Below, in pieces: positions 57,060 to 64,000 of a stretch of DNA of 64,000 nucleotides. Numbering within the stretch: the stretch's first letter is position 1; every line of letters begins with the position of its first letter. The notes under the pieces were generated by a model. The model made no database searches. It saw nothing but the letters and a program-made list of their open reading frames with translations, and had not been told where the DNA came from. Source of the DNA: Thermoplasmatota archaeon (lineage in GTDB: Archaea > Thermoplasmatota > Thermoplasmata > UBA10834); NCBI GenBank assembly GCA_040751795.1, contig JBFMHR010000002.1:64001-128000 (forward strand). Direction: 5' to 3'. The position numbers and the translations under genes are program-made.

Positions 57060-60000
57060 ATGGCTGTGTCCGGAACATTGTCCTTAGGGAGCAACGGAGC
57101 GGGCCCGCTCAAGCGGCTCGCAGCAGACGACAGGGCCCAAGTGTCCTTCTCCGTGGTGGCGGTGGCGGTGCTGCTGCTCGCCACGGCGTCCGGGGCCTAC
57201 TTCACCAAGAAGGAGATCGACAGGGCGGAGGACGCGAGGCGGGACAGGCTCCTCGAGTGCATGGGGTCCTCCATCGAGGAGGTCCGGCTCGAGGTAGGGC
57301 TGTACGCCGCCGCGCAGGCCAACGCGATCGTCTCCTGCTGGAAGGAGTACCCCGTCAACGAGACGAGGCTGTCCCAGCGGTACTCGTCGTCCGTCCACGA
57401 GTACCTCCGCGGGACGTTCCCGCGGCATCTGGACGGTTTCTCCCTGGAGGCCTCGAACTGGTCGGGGGCGCTGTTCTTCGTCGAGAAGCAGACGATGGAC
57501 GTCGCGCCGCCCGAGGAGCCCGAGGCCGGGACGATGGTGCTGGAAGGGACCGAGATGGAGTACGAGCGGCTCCCGCCGCCGACGACGGACGAACTCGCAG
57601 TGACCACCGCGAACCCATACTACATTGCCTTGGGCAACTTCTCGGTCGTCGCGCTGTCGGAGGCCGCATCGCTCTCCAAGGACCTCTCGTTCGACAGGCC
57701 GATCATATCCGCGCTCCCGTTCCTGGAGACCAAGCTGAGGGCGTTCGAGGCCGCGTCGGATGGGGAGCTCTCTGACATGGGCCAGCTCGTGGGCTACATG
57801 CTCACGACCCTGGCCCAGCTGAGGGCCCTGGAGGGGTACGGGGTCCCGACCTACACCGGTCTGGACACAGCCGCGATCCTCACCGAGCAGGACGTGTACA
57901 GGGCGGTGGCCGTCTCCCTGCTGATCGAGCAGGTGAGGCTGTTCAGGGACTTCGACGGATCGTTCGCCGACCAGGTCGTGGAGGCCTGCGGGGGAGGCTC
58001 CCTGGGCATCTCCGCCCTCGCCGGCTTCAGCGGCCGGTGCCTCGACCCGGCCGAGCTGTTCCTGTGGTTCCTGGGCAAGGCCGAGCCGGAGCTGGACCCC
58101 AGGATGCTCGTGGCCCAGGCGGTCGCCGGCCTGGCCGACCAGCTCGTGCTGAAGATGATGGACTACATGGGGTGGCTGGGGGCGCTCGGCCTCGCGGACC
58201 AGGCGCTCGACCTCGTCGACGACACGGTCGACTCCTTGGTCGAGTACCTCACGGGCGAGGACCAGGACCTCGCGGCCGTCGTGTCTTGGGTCCGGAGGAC
58301 GGTCGAGCTGGCATGCGAGCTCCCGGACGCCCACACCACCGCCTTCCGCGCAGACTCGGACTTCGTTGTCTACGTGCCCGAGCGGCAGTACTTCGTCGAG
58401 GACGCGTCGGGCGCCCTCTACCCTGTCTGGGTCGGGGGATCATTCGAGTCCGTGGACGTGCCCTCCCACGACATCCTCTCCTCCGGCCCGTGGGCCGACT
58501 TCTACCCGGACTTCAAGGACCGGCAGGCCTCGCTCACGGGCCTGCTCTACGACAGCATCAAGCGGCTCTCCTTCGACCTCGCATCGGCCTGCACCGTCGA
58601 GCTCTCGGGGATGGCGTTCGACCCCGCGGACGGCACGGACCTCTTCACCGCGATGTCCGAGCGGGCTGGCGACATAGAGGTGACGATCTCCCCCGAGGCC
58701 GCCATCGTGGCCGGGGAGGCCCTCCCGATGTTCAGCTCGCAGTACTCCCTCTCCCAGGCGTTCGCGGCCTTCGTGGCCGAGAGGGCCGGCGAGATGGTCC
58801 CGCCCGACATCGAGGACGCGATGTTCGACGACATAGCGGAGCGTGTGCTCGCTGGCGCATCTGCCCCGTACATACCGGACCTCGCGGTGCCGGTGTCGCA
58901 GCAGCTGCGGGACATCGTGAGGAACGACGTCGAGGGTAGCGCCGAGTGGGGCGTGGGCCTGCAGGCCTCCGACCTGTTCGACATGGTCTTCGGCCAGTCC
59001 CTCGAAGGCCTCTCCAGGGCGGTCTGCTCCTCGGTCACCGAGGCGGACGACAGTTTCCTGGGCCCCCTGGTCGACTCCGTCGCGACGGCGCTCATCGTCG
59101 GCTCCTCGACGTTCCCCGGGCTGCCGCATGTGGCGGAGGAGGCGCTGAGCGCCTTCGCCAGGGCCGCGCTGGCCCAGGGACGCATGTCGCCCTTCAAGCG
59201 GTCCGCGTACCTCGACGCCGGAGGCGACTTCCAGTTCTGGGACGGCGACCTGGACGCCGCCGAGGCGTCGGGCTCGGTGCTCGACGCCACGGCGTCCGTG
59301 GAGGTCCCCGGCGGCCTGCCGCCCCTGACCGCGGTGCCGTACGACCCCGAGGCAGACTACACGTCGGTGGAGAACCTGTTCCCCGCGGACGAGGTGCTGG
59401 TCCAGGTGAAGGCGCCATGGGACTACGACCGCTCCAGCGACGGGTACCCCAACCTGCACCTCACGTCGCTCACCAACGTCTCGGCGACCCCGTACTCGGC
59501 CCAGTGGCTCGTGTCGGTGAGGGGCCTCGTGCAGCTCAGGGCGGCCTGCTCCGACCCCTACCTGGTGACGTCCGCGGAGCCGGACCCGGTGGTCGAGACC
59601 CCCGTCCTCATATCCATCTGCGTGCCGGTGCTGGTGCACTCGGCATGGCCCCTCGAGGGCGTGGAGTACAACCCCACCAACACGGCCCTCTCCGACGCCC
59701 TCGACGTGGCCTCCAAGTTCTGCGACTACCTCTGGGACAAGCTCGAGCCGGCCCTGGGATGGGTGAGGGAGGGCCTCGAGGCGCTCTACCACTTCGTCAG
59801 GGACGCGTTCACGACGCTGGCGAGCTTCACGATGAAGGTCGTCAAGGTCGTGTCGCGCTGCATCCAGGCGATGGTCGAGACCCTGCAGACCTACCTCCAG
59901 AAGTTCGCCGACTCCGTCCTCGGCAAGGCGGTCGGCATATTCGTCGACCTTGTTGGCAACGTGGAGCTGCGCGTCTCCATGCACGGCCTCACCCTCATAA

Positions 60001-61493
60001 TCCGGACCAACCTCCCCGACCTGCTCTTCAAGAAGTCCCAGGACCTAGTGCGGATCATCGTGTGCACCGACAGGTTCGGCCCCGGGATCGCCTTCGGGTT
60101 CAGGATCGCGAAGCTCACCGACGGGAGGTTCGACGTCGTGGTGAACGGCACCCTCACGTTCGAGTCGGGCTCGGTGGAGGTCGTGGTCGACCCGCTCATG
60201 ATCATCCTCCGGAGGTTCGTGGAGGTCCACTGCAGGACCGACACCTGGGCCCTGGACATGGTGATGCCGGAGGCGGAGCCCTACGAGACCGCCGAGGTGA
60301 GCACCTCGGACCTCCCGGGCGCTAGCGCCCTCCTCTCGAACATACCGATACCGATGCTGGGGGTGAGCGCCTCCGTCGAGGCCGGCCTCCGCATGAAGTA
60401 CACGCCCCCGTTCCCCACCGACGTCGTGGTGAACGAGTTCGAGGCCAACCCGAAGGGCGACGACTCCGGGGCGGAGTGGGTCGAGCTCTACAACCCGCTG
60501 GACGAGCCACGGTGCGTGGACGGCTGGACGCTGCGGACCACTCATGGGGAGGGGCACGAGATGCCCCTCTCGGGCACGGTCCCGGCGAACGGCCGCCTCG
60601 TGTTCACCTTCCCGGAGACGGCCATAGACAACGGCTACCCCGGGGACCCGCTGAACGACGGCGACTCCCTGGTGCTCCTCGACACGGCGGGCAAGACCGT
60701 GGACGTGACGCCCACACTGAGCGACGACCTGAACGACGGGAGGACCCACCAGAGGAGCTGGGACGGCGGCCCGAAGTGGGCCCTGAAGGAGGGGACCATG
60801 GGGCTCCCGAACGGGGCGCCCATCCTGCTCGCGACCTCGGACTTCATAGCGCAGGCGCTCTTCACCGCGTTCAAGGAGGCCTTCGACGAGACGCGGCTCA
60901 CGGAGGTCTCGGCGTCGCTGGACTTCGTGGCCCTCCTCGCGAAGAGGGTGCTCCACCACTTCATCGAGAACCTCCTCTCCATCGTGAAGGAGGTCATCCA
61001 CGAGGTCATCCTGTACGTCAAGGTGGTGTTCAGCGACGCGACCGGCGCCGCCGGGCTGGGGGTGCGCGCGTCCTTCGTGGTCACGGGGGAGGCGATCGTC
61101 GACCTCCTCAGGTGGCTCATCCACACGGTCGCGGCGTTCATAGTGAACGTGGGCAGGGCCGGGAACCCGGCCGCGTACCCGCCCTTCCCGACGGAGTTCT
61201 TCTCCGGGCTCTTCGTGCGCTTCGACGTGCTGATGGAGGTCGGCACCCCCAGGATGGTCGCGGCGCTGGGCGTGACCAGCGAGCTGGAGGGGAGGCTGAC
61301 CTGCGTCGCCACCATAGGCCCCAACCTGCCCTGCCTGGGCAAGCTTGCGGGGCGTGACTGGGGGCAGTGGCGGGTGGACTTCGGCGTGTACCTGGAGCGC
61401 GTGCCGAGGGAGTACGTCTCGGGCTTTCTGCTCAAGGACACGGGGGACGAGGTGGACCTCTGGCTGATGAGGGGGAGCGTCTACGGGCCCTGA
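57060..61493 (+). CDS. Large (1477 aa) exported protein with class III-like signal peptide and lamin-tail domain
   Basis: DDRA|QVSFSVVAVAVLLLA; LTD motif VVVNEFEANP.G.D...EWVELYNP...DGWTL. Confidence 0.85.
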   Translation: MAVSGTLSLGSNGAGPLKRLAADDRAQVSFSVVAVAVLLLATASGAYFTKKEIDRAEDARRDRLLECMGSSIEEVRLEVGLYAAAQANAIVSCWKEYPVNETRLSQRYSSSVHEYLRGTFPRHLDGFSLEASNWSGALFFVEKQTMDVAPPEEPEAGTMVLEGTEMEYERLPPPTTDELAVTTANPYYIALGNFSVVALSEAASLSKDLSFDRPIISALPFLETKLRAFEAASDGELSDMGQLVGYMLTTLAQLRALEGYGVPTYTGLDTAAILTEQDVYRAVAVSLLIEQVRLFRDFDGSFADQVVEACGGGSLGISALAGFSGRCLDPAELFLWFLGKAEPELDPRMLVAQAVAGLADQLVLKMMDYMGWLGALGLADQALDLVDDTVDSLVEYLTGEDQDLAAVVSWVRRTVELACELPDAHTTAFRADSDFVVYVPERQYFVEDASGALYPVWVGGSFESVDVPSHDILSSGPWADFYPDFKDRQASLTGLLYDSIKRLSFDLASACTVELSGMAFDPADGTDLFTAMSERAGDIEVTISPEAAIVAGEALPMFSSQYSLSQAFAAFVAERAGEMVPPDIEDAMFDDIAERVLAGASAPYIPDLAVPVSQQLRDIVRNDVEGSAEWGVGLQASDLFDMVFGQSLEGLSRAVCSSVTEADDSFLGPLVDSVATALIVGSSTFPGLPHVAEEALSAFARAALAQGRMSPFKRSAYLDAGGDFQFWDGDLDAAEASGSVLDATASVEVPGGLPPLTAVPYDPEADYTSVENLFPADEVLVQVKAPWDYDRSSDGYPNLHLTSLTNVSATPYSAQWLVSVRGLVQLRAACSDPYLVTSAEPDPVVETPVLISICVPVLVHSAWPLEGVEYNPTNTALSDALDVASKFCDYLWDKLEPALGWVREGLEALYHFVRDAFTTLASFTMKVVKVVSRCIQAMVETLQTYLQKFADSVLGKAVGIFVDLVGNVELRVSMHGLTLIIRTNLPDLLFKKSQDLVRIIVCTDRFGPGIAFGFRIAKLTDGRFDVVVNGTLTFESGSVEVVVDPLMIILRRFVEVHCRTDTWALDMVMPEAEPYETAEVSTSDLPGASALLSNIPIPMLGVSASVEAGLRMKYTPPFPTDVVVNEFEANPKGDDSGAEWVELYNPLDEPRCVDGWTLRTTHGEGHEMPLSGTVPANGRLVFTFPETAIDNGYPGDPLNDGDSLVLLDTAGKTVDVTPTLSDDLNDGRTHQRSWDGGPKWALKEGTMGLPNGAPILLATSDFIAQALFTAFKEAFDETRLTEVSASLDFVALLAKRVLHHFIENLLSIVKEVIHEVILYVKVVFSDATGAAGLGVRASFVVTGEAIVDLLRWLIHTVAAFIVNVGRAGNPAAYPPFPTEFFSGLFVRFDVLMEVGTPRMVAALGVTSELEGRLTCVATIGPNLPCLGKLAGRDWGQWRVDFGVYLERVPREYVSGFLLKDTGDEVDLWLMRGSVYGP

Positions 61494-61547
61494 GGCCCTC
61501 CCGCGAAAATACTAAGTGCTGCTAGCGTATCAGAGGGCCGGTACCAG

Positions 61548-62771
61548 ATGACGGTCGTGCTGGAGTCGATACTGGACACCCTGCTCGAAGAGGTCTGGTT
61601 CGAGCTCACCTTCCTCCTCGCGGTCTCGCTGATCGCGGCCTTCCTCTTCGCGCGCTTCGGGCAGCCGAAGGTCATAGGGTACATAGTCATTGGGGTGGTC
61701 ATCGGGCCCAGCGTCCTCGGAATCATCCAGGCGGGCGAGGGGGGCACCTCCGGCCTGCCCGAGACGATCATGATGCTCGCCGAGCTCGGCTCGATCATCC
61801 TCCTGTTCATGATCGGCCTCGAGTGCGACCTGAAGGAGATCTACACGAGGAAGTCGATAACGATAGCCCTCGGGGGCATCGCCGTCCCCTGGATGGCGGG
61901 CTACGCCGTCGCCTACATGTTCGGGTACGAGGCGGACGCCGTGTTCATAGGCGCGACCCTCGTCGCGACGAGCGTGGCGGTCACGGCGAGCGTCCTGTCC
62001 GAGCTGGGCCTCATAGGCACCCCCGTCGCCTACGCCATCGTGGGCGCGGCCGTGGTGGACGACGTGCTCGGCATGGTCGTCCTCGGGGTCTCCAAGGGGA
62101 TCTCGCAGGGGGAGCTCGACACGTTCGGCATGGGCCTGCTCCTGGTCGGCGCGGTCCTCTTCGTCGTGATAGGCGCGTACGTCGGCTCCAGGTTCCTCGC
62201 GAAGCTGGTGTTCGACGTGCAGATCTCCGGCTACCGCCGCAAGATGCCCATGAGCGGGTTCATACTCGCCCTCGCGATAGCCTTCCTCTACTCGTTCATC
62301 GCGGAGGCGATACAGATCTCGGCGATAGTGGGGGCGTTCGTCGCGGGGACCGCCTTCTCCGGCTCCGCCCTCAGGGACGGGTTCAGGAAGGGGACCCAGT
62401 ACCTCGAGGCGCTCTTCGTCCCCCTCTTCTTCGTCTCCCTCGGGACCGCGGTGGACATCGAGAACATATGGGAGACCATCGTCTTCGGGCTCGTGCTGAC
62501 CGCGGTGGCGGTCGCCTCCAAGGTGGTGGGCTGCGCCATCCCGGCGCGCCTCACCGGCATGTCCAAGTGGGACTCCGTGGCGGTCGGCGTGGGGATGGTG
62601 CCCCGCCTCGAGATCGCCTTCATAATCGCCTACTACGGCCTGTCGACCGAGATAATCGACGTCGAGGTGTACTCGGTCGTCGTCTTCATGGGCCTGCTCA
62701 CCGCGCTCTTCACGCCATCGATACTGAAGCACACGCTCAGGCGGGGCGGGCACAAGCCCTTCGGGATATGA
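61548..62771 (+). CDS. Cation:proton antiporter (CPA2)
   Basis: QPKVIGYIVIG, LLFMIGLE, ATSVAVT, GAAVVDDVL, IVGAFVAG, GMVPRLE. Confidence 0.93.
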   Translation: MTVVLESILDTLLEEVWFELTFLLAVSLIAAFLFARFGQPKVIGYIVIGVVIGPSVLGIIQAGEGGTSGLPETIMMLAELGSIILLFMIGLECDLKEIYTRKSITIALGGIAVPWMAGYAVAYMFGYEADAVFIGATLVATSVAVTASVLSELGLIGTPVAYAIVGAAVVDDVLGMVVLGVSKGISQGELDTFGMGLLLVGAVLFVVIGAYVGSRFLAKLVFDVQISGYRRKMPMSGFILALAIAFLYSFIAEAIQISAIVGAFVAGTAFSGSALRDGFRKGTQYLEALFVPLFFVSLGTAVDIENIWETIVFGLVLTAVAVASKVVGCAIPARLTGMSKWDSVAVGVGMVPRLEIAFIIAYYGLSTEIIDVEVYSVVVFMGLLTALFTPSILKHTLRRGGHKPFGI

Positions 62772-62787
62772 TCTTCCGCCGCCCGGT

Positions 62788-62988
62788 TCAGTTGTGCGCC
62801 ATGGCCGCGGCGTGCGAGTGGTCCCTGCCCTTCAGCGCGTCGAAACCCTCGTCGGCGGCGGGGCCCTCCCGGCCGAGTGCGAGCAGGAATGCGCGCCCGA
62901 ATGCTATCGCGGCGTCCCTGTGCCCCTCCTCGAGCTCCATCAGGAACGCCTTCCCGACCAGCAGCGCGAACCGCTTGTCCTTCTTCAT
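62788..62988 (-). CDS. Small hypothetical protein
   Basis: MKKDKRFALLVGKAFLMELEE..., TTTATA upstream. Confidence 0.4.
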   Translation of the reverse strand: MKKDKRFALLVGKAFLMELEEGHRDAAIAFGRAFLLALGREGPAADEGFDALKGRDHSHAAAMAHN

Positions 62989-63113
62989 CGCGAACCCTTT
63001 CCTCTTCGCTGAGACATAATCGTCCCCGCGGGGGTATAAAGGGCGGGCACTTGGCAATCAGGGATGATTCTCAATCGCGGGAAGACCGCCCCGGACAGGG
63101 CGGCGGGGCGACG

Positions 63114-64000
<887 letters not shown>

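Overview
GC-rich archaeal chromosomal window, most consistent with Thermoplasmatota. The supporting signs are an unlinked 23S rRNA gene with its own TATA promoter, tetraether synthase and geranylgeranyl reductase, TrmB regulators, a type II MetAP and a Rab-like GTPase. Core housekeeping genes occupy about 1.6-9.6 kb and 33-64 kb. A lower-GC accessory region starts at tRNA-Leu(CAA) (10006-10090). The 3' end of that tRNA recurs downstream at about 11.7 kb and 13.9 kb, both copies with a shared ~60 bp non-tRNA arm, and degenerately at about 19.66 kb. These repeats divide the region into integrase-less cargo cassettes: an AAA ATPase; an Lrp regulator plus a secreted protein; and a complete NAD salvage operon with two NrtR-type operators. 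Several genes (map, pncB, a Dol-P-Man synthase, a DedA-like gene) lack an ATG at the position their conserved N-termini require. Instead they have ACG or CTG directly downstream of a Shine-Dalgarno-like motif. Other notable items are a tes-ferredoxin-GGR operon, a membrane longin/roadblock-like protein coupled to a Rab-like GTPase, a 1477-aa protein with a pilin-like N-terminus and lamin-tail domain, and a candidate C/D-box sRNA. All calls come from reading motifs by eye; no database searches were run.
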